From Nitrospirota bacterium (GTDB lineage: Bacteria; Nitrospirota; UBA9217): a DNA stretch of 64,000 nt. Shown here piece by piece: positions 19,580 through 29,989 of the stretch (position 1 is the first letter of the stretch; the number at the start of each line of letters is the position of its first letter). Position numbers and translations under genes: made by a program. The DNA lies in the NCBI GenBank assembly GCA_963737155.1, contig CAVTRN010000002.1:32001-96000 (forward strand), given 5' to 3'. The notes below the pieces were generated by a model. That model saw nothing but the letters and a program-made list of their open reading frames with translations, had not been told where the DNA came from and made no database searches.

Positions 19580-21202
19580 TCAGAACTTCTGACTTTTGCT
19601 AAACAGTCCGGATGCCCCGCTGGGAGCGGGCGGCATCGCTTCAACGATCTGTGGGGTGTTGCTCCCGTCATAACAGCGCACTGTGAAAGTGTGTTTGCCC
19701 GGCTCGAACGGCCAGTCATAGCGCCAGATCACCCATGTCATTTGCGACAAAGGAGTTCTAATCTCAGCCGTCTGCCAAGGGCCGTCATCAACCTGAACCT
19801 CGACCTTCGAGATTCCGCGGGCGCCCGCGTGGGCGATGCCGCCGATGGGCACCAGTTTCCGCTGGTCAGCGCTGATTATAGTCATATCGACAGCGATGGT
19901 GTCGATCACGGACGTTGCCTTCATCTTTGCGACCTTGTCCCAGCCACGGACCACCCAGTAGCCCGGTTCCCAATGGTCCATTGCCTCGATGGACTCAATC
20001 CATTTGGGCTGTTTCATCCCGTGTACGTCCGGAATGTAGATCCGCAGCGGAAAGCCATGGTCTTCAAGCAGCGGCACCCCGTCCCAGGAATATGCCAGCA
20101 TTACCCGCTCGTCTGCCACGATCGTCGCGAGGGGCAGGGTTTCCCAAAATCCGTCTGCTGAACTGATTTTCAGGTGCGTGGCGCTGGGCTTCAGGCCGAG
20201 GTCAGGCAGGAGGCTCTTCAGGCTGACACCGGTCCAGCGGGTTGTTCCTATAAGATCGCCACCCACCGGATTGGAGATGCAGGACAGAGTGACGAATTGG
20301 TGCAAGGGTTCATAACGCTGGATGTCGTCCAGGCTGAAGGACAGAGGCTTTTCGACATGGCCTCCTATTTTGAGCCGCCACATCATGCCATCGATCTTCG
20401 GCGGGGTCGTGTTGATGTCAATGCGGTAGTGCCGCTCCAGGGGGGTGAATTCGGGTCGTGTGCCGGGTGCAGGTTTGACCGCGGCCCCGGCGTTCGGCAG
20501 GACGTGCGTTGCGGACCAAGGCATCAGACTCGACAGTTTCATCCGGCTGTGGCGCTCCGACAGAAGACCAACCATTGCCCCGCTCACCGTGATGGTCGCA
20601 GTGAACCCCGCAAGCCGGATCAGGAATTTACGCCGGCTGACCCGCTGAACGGATGGCAGGTCCGAAACCCGTTCAACGGACGCGCTGAGGTCGGACAGTC
20701 GCAGGTAAGACACACCGAAAGCCATCCCCCAGGAGGAAAAGACGAACAGGATCCAGAGCGCGCTAACCATCGGCGGGGCAACGGCTGTCTTGCCGAGATA
20801 GGAACTGATGAGCACGGCGGGAATGGCAGCGAACAATCCAAGGAAAAAGCCAGACACGTAAGCATAGCGGCCTCGCAGCACGCGCAGCACGCTGAAGAGA
20901 ATGGCGCCGGCAACGACGCCTGTGATGAACAGGCCGGCAATCCCCATCGTCTGCTCAATAATCTTGGCGGCTACAGATGTGGGACCCAGGTGCAACCCCC
21001 GAATGGCAGCAACCATGGCGCTGATGATAAATTCGATGAACGCTCCAGGCAGTACGCGGGTCGTCCAGTCGAATACATCAAAAGGGACGAAGGGCAGGTC
21101 CGCCAGCCTCCATCCCGCGTAAAAGACGGCGATCAGTGCTGCGGTCAGCAATGCCCCGACCATTGAGCCCATAAGAGCTCCTGGCGTGCCCCGCATCTTC
21201 AT
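19580..21202 (-). CDS. Membrane-anchored sulfite-oxidase-family molybdopterin oxidoreductase (MsrP/YedY-related)
   Basis: TM region, internal SRRKFL, TLSCISNPVGG, HGFPLR, GMKQPKWI, dimerisation domain. Confidence 0.9.
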   Translation of the reverse strand: MKMRGTPGALMGSMVGALLTAALIAVFYAGWRLADLPFVPFDVFDWTTRVLPGAFIEFIISAMVAAIRGLHLGPTSVAAKIIEQTMGIAGLFITGVVAGAILFSVLRVLRGRYAYVSGFFLGLFAAIPAVLISSYLGKTAVAPPMVSALWILFVFSSWGMAFGVSYLRLSDLSASVERVSDLPSVQRVSRRKFLIRLAGFTATITVSGAMVGLLSERHSRMKLSSLMPWSATHVLPNAGAAVKPAPGTRPEFTPLERHYRIDINTTPPKIDGMMWRLKIGGHVEKPLSFSLDDIQRYEPLHQFVTLSCISNPVGGDLIGTTRWTGVSLKSLLPDLGLKPSATHLKISSADGFWETLPLATIVADERVMLAYSWDGVPLLEDHGFPLRIYIPDVHGMKQPKWIESIEAMDHWEPGYWVVRGWDKVAKMKATSVIDTIAVDMTIISADQRKLVPIGGIAHAGARGISKVEVQVDDGPWQTAEIRTPLSQMTWVIWRYDWPFEPGKHTFTVRCYDGSNTPQIVEAMPPAPSGASGLFSKSQKF

Positions 21203-21379
21203 AGTCTTTCCTCTCTTTCTTAATGAATAGGGTTGTTATGACCCACGTTCGGTAGTCCTCTGTTACTATATCAACAGGATAAATGTCAAACGGAGAAATG
21301 AATAGGAATCCCGTGAATTCGACCAAGGACCCCTGTGTCCATACACTAACGACTAGTTCGATCCCCGCTTGATCGTTGA

Positions 21380-22064
21380 AGGCATGTAGCCAGACTGGGA
21401 CTCATCCGGTCCCCCGGCAGGAGCCTTGGGACATACGTCATAGAGGTAGGCGGCTGTCCGCAGGTATGGCACCGCTCCACTTCCCGGTGATTACCCAGAT
21501 ACTGCTGTACCATGATGATGAACGCGGCATGGCTCCACATAAAGGGTAACCAAAACCACATCTCCAGTAAAGGGATTAACCTGCTCTGCGAGGACCCCTT
21601 AAGACAACGCCCTTTCGCAAGCGCAGTTCAAAACGGCGACTGACTTTCGCACCTCAACCTTGTTCTTTGCCTTTTGATCAGATATGCATACCATAATGTA
21701 CAGATGATTCAAGGGTTCCCGGGGATGTCGGCACGGTCACGCTCTGATAGCGGTCGAATTCGTACCTCGCCAACCCACCGATCTCTGTCTGACGCCAGAG
21801 CTTTTCTTTCAGCGCTTTGATGGTATTGACAATCTTTCCATCCGATGCCGAGAAAACACCGAAGGGGAAGAGTCCGCAGAGGCTTGCATCAAACCTAAAG
21901 TCCTTCTGCAGTGAGCCAACACGCTCGGAAACTCCGTTCATGAAAACATGGCCTTGGGCGTGGTTCTCGCTGCCCATGCTTGGAATGCAGAAGTCCCGCA
22001 CAAGCCCTGACTTATCAGACAGAATCAACAGAGAGCCATACCTTATTGGTATGTCCCTCGGCAT
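21380..22064 (-). pseudogene. Glycoside hydrolase family 15 (glucoamylase-like) remnant with large internal deletion and frameshifts
   Basis: MPRDIPI..ENH N-terminus joined to DASL..GGLARYE..Y, PWIICTLW, GVLAEQVNP, WSHA. Confidence 0.8.
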
Positions 22065-22647
22065 GTCATCCTGCCTTTTCGAGGCTTAACTACAAAGGAG
22101 TGAGAACAACGCGATAAGCTGGCCAACTGGATATCTTTCAACGATTATATCATATACACGCGTGGACAAGTATGGCAGGTCAAAGGATCATGTTGTCACA
22201 TTATGCCGGAATGAAATAGGATACATGTAAATGCTTAAATGAAAAAGATATTCTTGCCAGTGCTGAGAACCAAGGAAAAAAGTCAAAGGGCAATTGCAAT
22301 AAACATTGCAGTGTAAGAAACCCCCAACTCCCGCTGGGGGGAGTCATTCGCCGCCTTCTAGGCCGTCATGGTTTTTGTTTTTCTCAGGTTTAGATATTTT
22401 ATGTAAGCGGATATTGACAACATTGTTTCAGGACAATCGCTATGGCATTCCAAATACTATATTCTATGAAGTCTCCTCGTGTAACTCGCCCACCCGGGGA
22501 TGGGGATCTCGTTAATTTTACAAGCAAGCCTGACGATCTTAGGCTGAGCCGACACATCTCCAAACAGGAGGCAGGTTTTTTGTGCGGCCTGATCAAGTAC
22601 CATAAGATCGCATTCTTTCTTTAAGGAAATTCAGTCGGCTTACAGCT

Positions 22648-23088
22648 TCATTTCATCATGCCTTCATTCATTTTTTTGCCTTTGTCCATCATCATCTGAC
22701 CCTCTTGCATCATCATGTCGCCCTCTTTCATCATCATGTCGTTATCCATTTTACCTTTTTTCATCATCTTTCCGTCTTTCATCATCATCTTACCATCCTT
22801 CACCATCATGTCGTCCTTCATCTTTTTTCCGACCTTCTCCATCATCTTCCCATCCTGCATCATCACGTCGCCCTCTTTCATCATCGTGTCTCTATCCATC
22901 ATGCCTTCCTTCAACTTCTTGCCTTCATCCATCATCATCTGCCCCTTCTTCATCATCGTATCGCCCTGTTTCATCGTCATGTCATTGTCCATCATCTTCT
23001 CATCCGCTTGGACGAATTTGATCCCCATTGAAAGCATCAGGACTATCGTGGATATAATTACTGTGGCAAATACAAATGTCTTTTTCAT
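22648..23088 (-). CDS. Secreted methionine-rich repeat protein
   Basis: Signal peptide ending VQA; about 38 Met in about 118 mature residues, MMKxG repeats; RBS aggagg. Confidence 0.85.
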   Translation of the reverse strand: MKKTFVFATVIISTIVLMLSMGIKFVQADEKMMDNDMTMKQGDTMMKKGQMMMDEGKKLKEGMMDRDTMMKEGDVMMQDGKMMEKVGKKMKDDMMVKDGKMMMKDGKMMKKGKMDNDMMMKEGDMMMQEGQMMMDKGKKMNEGMMK

Positions 23089-23415
23089 GGAAAATCCTCC
23101 TTTAATTGTTTAATAAATTCTAAAACTTGTTTTCAGACAGCCAACAGAATTATTTGCAGAAACTTAAGAGGCACCCGCAATTTTCCAGGCCATGACTTCA
23201 TAAGATTGCTTTTATCATTATAGATCCTCCTTTTCAGTTAAGTTCGATTTTTCCGTTTATTCGATCATTGCGTTTTATTGCAATTTACTACCTGACAAGC
23301 GAAATCAGCGTCAGATCGGGATCTCCACTTAAGATCGAGAATACAGTTGTGACAAGTAGAACATTGATAATTTAAGTGAAATTAAAATGTCCTTTTGAGC
23401 TCTCTGCAAAGACAA

Positions 23416-23441
23416 GGGTGCACTGTATACACGCTGCACCC
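23416..23441 (-). terminator. Probable intrinsic terminator after beta-propeller gene
   Basis: gggtgca..tgcaccc hairpin. Confidence 0.45.
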
Positions 23442-23491
23442 CCTCTCTGTTTTTGACCACTGATGCCCCTTTGTTTGTTCAGTCACCTGTC

Positions 23492-24592
23492 TTAGCGTGC
23501 CGCTATGCCTTGTGCAAAAATAGAGAATCCACCAGGGATTGTACCCAAATTTTTCAAGCTGCCGTCGTGTTCAATATGGAACATGTCTACAGTTCCATTC
23601 GCAGGGTCCAACGCATAGAGAAAACGTCCGTTACCTGTTATGGACATATCGAGAGGCGTGTTTCCCGTGCCAGCAACACCGTTAAGCAGAGTAAGGGTCC
23701 CCTCTACAGTCATGTCTGTATAGGCTGAAATGGAGTGGGTGCCCGGGTTGTCAGTAAATATTTCTCCGCGCTCATTGCCAGCTATCCAGCAGGCCGCTAT
23801 CTGCTCGTTGGGCACTGATCCGCTAATCACCTGCAAGGTGTCATCTGGCTGAATCTTGTAAGACGAAACCGCATTGGTGCCCGCTTCAACCACCAGCAGG
23901 TGCCCCCATTGATCAAAAATAAACCCAAAGGGGGTAACGCCGTAGGATGGTGAAGTTACAGGGGTCGTGCCTGGCAATCCGTCATGGCCTACGGAGTAGA
24001 CGAGAATCTTATTGTCTGCTTTATCTGTAACTACCAGTGTCTCGCCCTCTGGATCGAATCCCACCTGGGCAAATCCTCCGGCTCCCAACGGCCGAGTGGA
24101 CATAGTGAGAGCGATCAACTTACCTGCATGGCCTAGGCTGAATCCAGTAATGTTCGGAGAGCCCCCGGCATTCAGGACGTAGACAAGGTTATGGAAGACG
24201 GTCACGCTCACAGGAAATACTCCACCAGAATCAACCTTGTCGACCAAATCCAGCCCATCTCGCAGGACTCTGAAGACGGAAATTTCATTACTTCCTGCAT
24301 TAACAGCCACGAGCCAACTGTGGTCCTCGCTGAGCACGAGTGACCCCTGTGAACCCAGTGGATCTAACGCGCTGCCGGAACCGGTCCCGCCTGTTGCTAT
24401 TGAGCCTGCATTTGTCAAATTGCCCTCGTAGTCCCGATCAAAAAAAACCACTTCATTACCACCGGCGGCATTAGTCATGGCGTACACAGCCCCGGCCTTT
24501 TCGTCGTCTCGCGCGCCGTCTGCAAAGACTTCGATGGCCAAGATCATCAGTATCGCTGCAGTCATAACTGCTACTAACATTTTCTTATTCAT
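23492..24592 (-). CDS. Secreted beta-propeller lactonase-family protein
   Basis: Signal peptide; VYAMTN, AVNAGSNEISVF, AACWI, GRFLYAL blades. Confidence 0.85.
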   Translation of the reverse strand: MNKKMLVAVMTAAILMILAIEVFADGARDDEKAGAVYAMTNAAGGNEVVFFDRDYEGNLTNAGSIATGGTGSGSALDPLGSQGSLVLSEDHSWLVAVNAGSNEISVFRVLRDGLDLVDKVDSGGVFPVSVTVFHNLVYVLNAGGSPNITGFSLGHAGKLIALTMSTRPLGAGGFAQVGFDPEGETLVVTDKADNKILVYSVGHDGLPGTTPVTSPSYGVTPFGFIFDQWGHLLVVEAGTNAVSSYKIQPDDTLQVISGSVPNEQIAACWIAGNERGEIFTDNPGTHSISAYTDMTVEGTLTLLNGVAGTGNTPLDMSITGNGRFLYALDPANGTVDMFHIEHDGSLKNLGTIPGGFSIFAQGIAAR

Positions 24593-24954
24593 TGTTTCCT
24601 CCTTGTCTTCATTATTGAAAATTGTCTGGAGGCACTCTGCCTGATTAGTAAACAGTGACGCACTAGATCCACCTCATGTCCTACCTTTAGCATCCCTCCT
24701 TTCGCTGATACTTATTATGACTCGTGAGCAATGACACATATGAAGCAGGATGATTTATAAACCGCATTGCTATATTCTTCGTGGTTACCAAAGCGAGAGC
24801 AGTCGACAAATATGCAATTAACGAAATGAGTGATCCAGGAACGTTGGTTTAAAGCCGCAATAAAAATCAGACTGATTGTAATTTTTCTTATTTGTTTAAA
24901 TCGGCAAGTGCAGAATATCGGATTTTTTTAAACTTTACTTTCAAACTTGTGGAA

Positions 24955-25008
24955 AGTATAGCTGACGAAGGTCACGAAATCATCACGGAAGGATAAAATC
25001 TTGGTCAC
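24955..25008 (-). promoter_or_regulatory. 39-bp GTGAY repeat box + -10 (copy 2)
   Basis: gtgacc-aagatt-ttatcc-ttcc-gtgatg-atttc-gtgacc-N9-TATACT. Confidence 0.75.
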
Positions 25009-25058
25009 GATAAAGGCTAATTCTAAAGACTGGGTCTCTCAAGTTCGATCTTGTGGGA

Positions 25059-26543
25059 TTATGCTTGAGTTTTATAAACAGGCAGGGTGAACGTAAAGGA
25101 AGTGCCGACATTGACGGCGCTTTTAACTTGGATATCGCTCCCGTGGAGTTCCAGGATTCTCTTGACAATGGCAAGACCAAGCCCGGCCCTATCTGCGGCC
25201 TTCGGACGTTCTCCCTTTAGCCGGGAAGAGCGGTCAAATAGTTGCACAATATCCTCCGGCCGGATGCCAGAGCCAGTATCCGAAACCTGCATTTCCATTC
25301 GTTCGTCTTTGGGAATGACATTGACACAGATAGATCCATCTTCACCAGTATATCGGACGGCATTTTCTATAAGATTTTCAAGTACGCGTTCGCATAACCC
25401 AATATCAGCGAGCGCCAGGGGAAGGGATCCCGCAGCGTTCGTGTGAAGATTGATTTTTTTCATCTTGGCAACGAGCTGGAACTTCTGCAGAACATCCTGA
25501 ATGAGTTCGCCCAGAGAGAACGGCTCGAAGCTAACCTGAACATCAGGAGAATCCAATTTTGCGAGTTCAAATAGTTCGGAAACGAGTTTTCCTAATTGCT
25601 CGGAACGCTTGATGGCAATCGTGAGATAGCTCTGATGTTGCTCAGGCGTCAACCCTCCTTCCTTAATGAGCAGGGTCTCGAGATAGCCCTGAAGTGAGGT
25701 CAGCGGAGTTCGAAGATCATGCGCAATATTCGTCACTAATTCCCGCCGGAGCGCATCGGCCTCTCTAAGTTCCTTTATTTGGTGAACGATGCGATCGGCC
25801 ATATGCGTGAAGATCGTCCCGAGCCGGTCGATTTCGTTTCTTGAGCCGGTTCGAAACTGGCTCAATAAATCAGGAGGCCCTGAGAAATCACTCTGTCTGA
25901 AGGTTTCCATGGTCGCGGTTAGACTCTGGAGCCTTCGAGTCATCCGGCTGAAGAGAAGAAGCGCGGTCAGTAAGGCAAACAGCAATACTCCTGCTGCAGC
26001 CCACACACTGAGACGGAGGATGTAGCTGCCTTGAAGCATCTGGGCGACTGTATCAAATTCCTCGCCACCCAAGATAACGTAGACGTATCCTTGCATGCTG
26101 CCTTCCAGAGCGATTGGTGAAACGGAGAATATTTTCTTATGTGTAAGATCGCGCGGATCGTCACCCATAATGGGTAAAGAGGATGTTCCGTTCAGAAGCT
26201 GTTTTATGGGACTTAATGAAACAGTCTGCCGTTTCATCTTTCCAGGAGGCGCGGAGAACGCCAGGATAGTGCCGTTCGGATCGAGGAGATAAACCTCGAT
26301 GCCAGGGTTCACGACCATCAGCATGCGAAAGATATCCTGAAGGGATTCTTGATTGACCCGACCGTCTTTTATCAAGATTTTTTCCATCGCTAAATTCTGC
26401 GCTAGCGTACGGTTGAGTTTCTGGTTCACCTCCTGAAAATACATCCGGGTAGTGTAGAGCGTCAGCAGGATGTAAAGTACTCCTATCAGACAGAATATCC
26501 CCACGAGCACAGCGGCCAGTTTGAAGTAAAGGGTTTTAAACAT
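25059..26543 (-). CDS. Membrane sensor histidine kinase (HAMP-HisKA-HATPase)
   Basis: Two TMs, HAMP, IAHDLRTPL, NLIENA, DTGSG, GLGL; start MFKTLY. Confidence 0.93.
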   Translation of the reverse strand: MFKTLYFKLAAVLVGIFCLIGVLYILLTLYTTRMYFQEVNQKLNRTLAQNLAMEKILIKDGRVNQESLQDIFRMLMVVNPGIEVYLLDPNGTILAFSAPPGKMKRQTVSLSPIKQLLNGTSSLPIMGDDPRDLTHKKIFSVSPIALEGSMQGYVYVILGGEEFDTVAQMLQGSYILRLSVWAAAGVLLFALLTALLLFSRMTRRLQSLTATMETFRQSDFSGPPDLLSQFRTGSRNEIDRLGTIFTHMADRIVHQIKELREADALRRELVTNIAHDLRTPLTSLQGYLETLLIKEGGLTPEQHQSYLTIAIKRSEQLGKLVSELFELAKLDSPDVQVSFEPFSLGELIQDVLQKFQLVAKMKKINLHTNAAGSLPLALADIGLCERVLENLIENAVRYTGEDGSICVNVIPKDERMEMQVSDTGSGIRPEDIVQLFDRSSRLKGERPKAADRAGLGLAIVKRILELHGSDIQVKSAVNVGTSFTFTLPVYKTQA

Positions 26544-26547
26544 AAGC

Positions 26548-26735
26548 TTATGCCTTTCGTGTTTCTTCGGGATCGGAGAACTTGTAGCCGACTCCAAAGA
26601 CGCACAAAATGTGAAACACCTGAGCAGGGTTGTCTGTGGCCCTCAGACAGTTGATATGAATATTGCCATCACGTTCGTAGCCCTCATCCTCGTAACCCCG
26701 AACTAAATTCAGCAACTCCTTGCTTACGTGAAAGG
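26548..26735 (-). pseudogene. Remnant C-terminus of a second OmpR-family regulator
   Basis: KELLNLVRGYEDEGYERDGNIHINCLRA..GVGYKF parallels the end of 27122-27841. Confidence 0.85.
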
Positions 26736-26796
26736 TTATTACTTTACGGATTTGGTCCAGACCGCATACATGATTCATGCGCAGTCGTCTAATCAA

Positions 26797-26850
26797 AGGA
26801 TACCCTGCAATGGTCACAAAACCATCACAGCAGGATAATATGTTGATCAC
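26797..26850 (-). promoter_or_regulatory. 39-bp GTGAY repeat box + -10 (copy 3)
   Basis: gtgatc-aacata-ttatcc-tgct-gtgatg-gtttt-gtgacc-N9-TATCCT. Confidence 0.72.
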
Positions 26851-26999
26851 AGGAAAAGGGAAGTACTAAAGGCGCAATTGGTCACTACCGGTCATGTGCT
26901 TACGTTATAACTGAGAGTTGTAAACCGACAAGCGGACGTAAAGGTCGTTCCGTACAATAACTAACTACGAACTTCGTTGGGGCTCTCATGCAGTTCGAG

Positions 27000-27118
27000 G
27001 ATTCTCTTGGTGAATACATCCGGGCGGTGTACAGCGTGAGCAGGATGTACAGGACGCCGATCAACAAGAACAGCTTGATTGGAACGGCAGCAAGTCTGGT
27101 GAAAGGTTTTTAGACACG
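27000..27118 (-). pseudogene. Remnant N-terminus of a duplicate sensor kinase
   Basis: FLLIGVLYILLTLYTARMY matches FCLIGVLYILLTLYTTRMY of the intact kinase. Confidence 0.8.
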
Positions 27119-27121
27119 ACG

Positions 27122-27841
27122 CTACCCCTTGTCCATATCTGCTGAATCGGAAAGCTTATAGCCAATCCCCCTCACACTCAAAATGTACCGAGGTTGGGCA
27201 GGGTTTATCTCGATTTTGGCCCTGAGGCGGTTAATATGGGAATTGACCGTGTGCTCGTAGCCCTCATACCCGTAACCCCAGACTAAATTCAGCAGCTCCT
27301 TGCGTGTGTTCACCCTTCCTGGACAATTCATAAAATGGAGTAACAGGTCGAACTCTTTGGCTGTCAACATTACAGGATTTCCTCGGAGAGTAACATTCCG
27401 CTTTTCAACATCAACCACGAGATCGCCTGCCTGGATCGTTTCGTGCGATTGATGCGCCGCCTCCAACTTAAGCGCCTCCACGCGACGGAACAGAGCCTTA
27501 ACCCGCGCCATAAGTTCGCGAATGCCGAATGGTTTTGTCAGGTAATCGTCTGCTCCGATCTCCAGGCCGAGAACCCGGTCAATCTCGGAAGACCGAGAGG
27601 TCAGCATTAAGACGGGAATGTAGGTCGCGGCGGTTCTCAAACGCCGACAGATCTCCAGCCCGTCTATGCCTGGCAGCATCAGATCCAGAATAATCAGGTC
27701 GTGTTTCTTCGAGAGGGCTTGCTCGAAACCAGCATTGCCGTCAAAGGCCAAATATGCTTCGTATCCTGTATCCCTCAGATGAAGCTCCACAAGATGAGCG
27801 ATATCTTTATCGTCTTCAATTATAAGAACTCTGCGAGGCAT
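27122..27841 (-). CDS. OmpR/PhoB-family response regulator
   Basis: VLIIEDD, DLMLPGIDG, GADDYLTKPF, winged helix HTVNSHINRLRAKIE..RGIGY. Confidence 0.95.
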   Translation of the reverse strand: MPRRVLIIEDDKDIAHLVELHLRDTGYEAYLAFDGNAGFEQALSKKHDLIILDLMLPGIDGLEICRRLRTAATYIPVLMLTSRSSEIDRVLGLEIGADDYLTKPFGIRELMARVKALFRRVEALKLEAAHQSHETIQAGDLVVDVEKRNVTLRGNPVMLTAKEFDLLLHFMNCPGRVNTRKELLNLVWGYGYEGYEHTVNSHINRLRAKIEINPAQPRYILSVRGIGYKLSDSADMDKG

Positions 27842-28013
27842 ACTTTTCTACTCTTTCAGCATATTTGTCTTGATAATAGTAAAAAGTATATCATAAAAAT
27901 ACCGGAAAATTTTGCTGCTACTCTGAAAATACTCATTCCCAGTTATTTAAACGATAAGCTTCCGGTTTCGCATTTCTATTGCTTTCAACAATGGAAAGGT
28001 GGGACAATTTACC

Positions 28014-28862
28014 ATGGCCGAACTGCACGATCCCACAATATCCCGTTTCCAAAGATACTCGATACTCCTGCTGGTGCTGGTTGCCGGTACCGCGGCCTAC
28101 TTCGCAATTGAAAGGGGGCAGCATACCATGAGCCCGAGCGCTTTTGCTTCCTCTCCCAACTCTTCGAAACCCCTGATCGACACCTTCGCGCCAAAACAGA
28201 TCGCTACGGCCACCTTTGCAATGGGCTGATTCTGGGGCCCGGACTCCCGGTTCGGGAGCCTGGCTGGCGTTGTCAGGACGCGCGTGGGGTACGCAGGCGG
28301 GAAAAAACAGAACCCCACCTACCATGCTCTCGGCGACCATACCGAGACCATCCAGATCGACTACGATCCCTCTAAGATATCGTACCGCGATCTGCTCAGG
28401 GCCTTCTGGACTGGTCATGATCCTACCTATCAAAACTGGTCCCGTCAGTACGCCTCCATTATCTTCGTGCACAACGTCGAACAGCGGCGGGAGGCCGAGG
28501 AAACGAGAACAGAGGTCGAACAGGAGCGAGGCAGGAAGGTCTATACTGAAATCGACGCGTACAGTGGCTTTACTCTTGCCGAAGACTATCATCAGAAGCA
28601 CAGTCTCCGTCAGTTCCCGGCCTTCTACGAAGAGCTCAGCCGCCTCTATCCTTCCTTTAACGGCTTCGTTGCTTCGACGGCCGTAGCTCGGGTGAACGGA
28701 TATCTCGGTGGCGAGGGCTCCTATGAGGAACTCAAAAAGGAAGCGGACAGTCTTGGTTTGTCCTCGGCGCGGAAAGAGGAACTCCTCCAACTCGTAGAGC
28801 GGCAGAGGGGTAGGCAGGACTGTCCAATACCGACGAAGGGTCTTGCCGCAGGCGCTCACTGA
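28014..28862 (+). CDS. msrA: Selenocysteine-containing methionine sulfoxide reductase A with N-terminal TM/signal (UGA at 28227-28229)
   Basis: TFAMG-UGA-FWG at the MsrA GCFWG site; frame continues to TRVGYAGG, DHTE, AEDYHQK; hairpin downstream of UGA. Confidence 0.92.
28241..28260 (+). promoter_or_regulatory. Bacterial SECIS-like hairpin
   Basis: ctcccg-gtt-cgggag, G-containing loop about 20 nt after UGA. Confidence 0.7.
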
Positions 28863-29045
28863 TCGGAAAGATCCCTTTGGGGCAGATTCTCAACGTTTGT
28901 ATGATCGGGAAGAAGATTATGTTGCAGCAATAGATTCATATACACAAGCACTTAAGTTCAGTGAGGATTTAAATCTCAGCTGACACGATCGTCTCATTTC
29001 GTATCGACACTGCTGAATTTACATTATAAACCAAAAGGAGAAAAC

Positions 29046-29687
29046 GTGAAAAAAGCACTTGTTGCAGCAGCACTACTATCACTGACACTTGCAGTACCCG
29101 CATTCGCAACTGAGGGTGGTCAGACGCCGAATACGCATAGCCAAGCCTTAGTGCTCTTTGAGCAGGGAGAAAGCTTACTTCAAAGCGACAAGTACGGAGA
29201 AGCCAAAAAGGCTTTTACCGAGGCGATTGCCCTGAATCCAAATTATGCTGAAGCCTATGACAGCCTAGGGAAAGTTTTTATGCTGCAATTAAAATACGAT
29301 GAAGCAACAAAAGAATTTGCCAAAGCAATCAATCTCAACCCTGACGACTACACGGCTTACTTCAATCAAGGAATTGCATTTTATCATTTGGGGAAAACTA
29401 ACGAGGTCATCCATAATTTCACTGAGGTTATTCGCCTCTACCCCAATAACCAGGCCGCTTACAACATTCGCGGCATTGCCTATTTCGAGCAGGGAAAACT
29501 CGACGAAGCTATCCGCGACTATTCAAAAGCCATCGAGCTCAATTCAGGCTATACTAAGGCGTATAATAATCGTGGAATTGCTTATTTGCGACAGGGGAAA
29601 ACTGCTGAAGCAGAGCGTGATTTCGTTAAATCTGGACAACCTATGCCTGGAGCAACAGGAACGCGTCTTAACGAATGTGCCTTTTAA
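29046..29687 (+). CDS. Secreted tetratricopeptide repeat protein
   Basis: Signal peptide AFA; about five TPRs (AYNIRGIAY...AIELN). Confidence 0.88.
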   Translation: MKKALVAAALLSLTLAVPAFATEGGQTPNTHSQALVLFEQGESLLQSDKYGEAKKAFTEAIALNPNYAEAYDSLGKVFMLQLKYDEATKEFAKAINLNPDDYTAYFNQGIAFYHLGKTNEVIHNFTEVIRLYPNNQAAYNIRGIAYFEQGKLDEAIRDYSKAIELNSGYTKAYNNRGIAYLRQGKTAEAERDFVKSGQPMPGATGTRLNECAF

Positions 29688-29989
29688 TTGCAGGCAGAAT
29701 ATATTTGATAATTTATTATTTAACCCACCTGATGTGATTGGGCAGTTGTAAATGTTTGTGAGACCTGCAATATTGAAAACACAGGAATCTAAACGGGAAT
29801 TTAAACCAACACCGGTCCGCTTGACCCGCCTCCTGGCGCTTCGCGCCTAGCAGAGGGAATGCGCGGACCAGAGTGCAAAAAGTCGGGGAAGAACGCCAGC
29901 CGGCCCATGGTGTGACGGCTGCTTTTGGACCCAACCAGAGCAAGAAAGACCGTTTTTGTAGAGTTCCTCAAAAAAACTTACCATCTGCA

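Noticed and set aside
20174-21166. 330-aa plus-strand ORF
   Set aside because: GC-rich antisense shadow of the molybdopterin oxidoreductase
22300-22600. Possible structured RNA (several small hairpins)
   Set aside because: No recognisable riboswitch consensus; cannot be supported without a covariance search
22705-23113. His-rich and Ile/Ser-rich plus-strand ORFs
   Set aside because: Antisense shadows of ATG-rich codons in the Met-rich gene, which has the RBS and signal peptide
27933-28859. 308-aa minus-strand ORF
   Set aside because: Antisense to Sec-MsrA, no recognisable motifs
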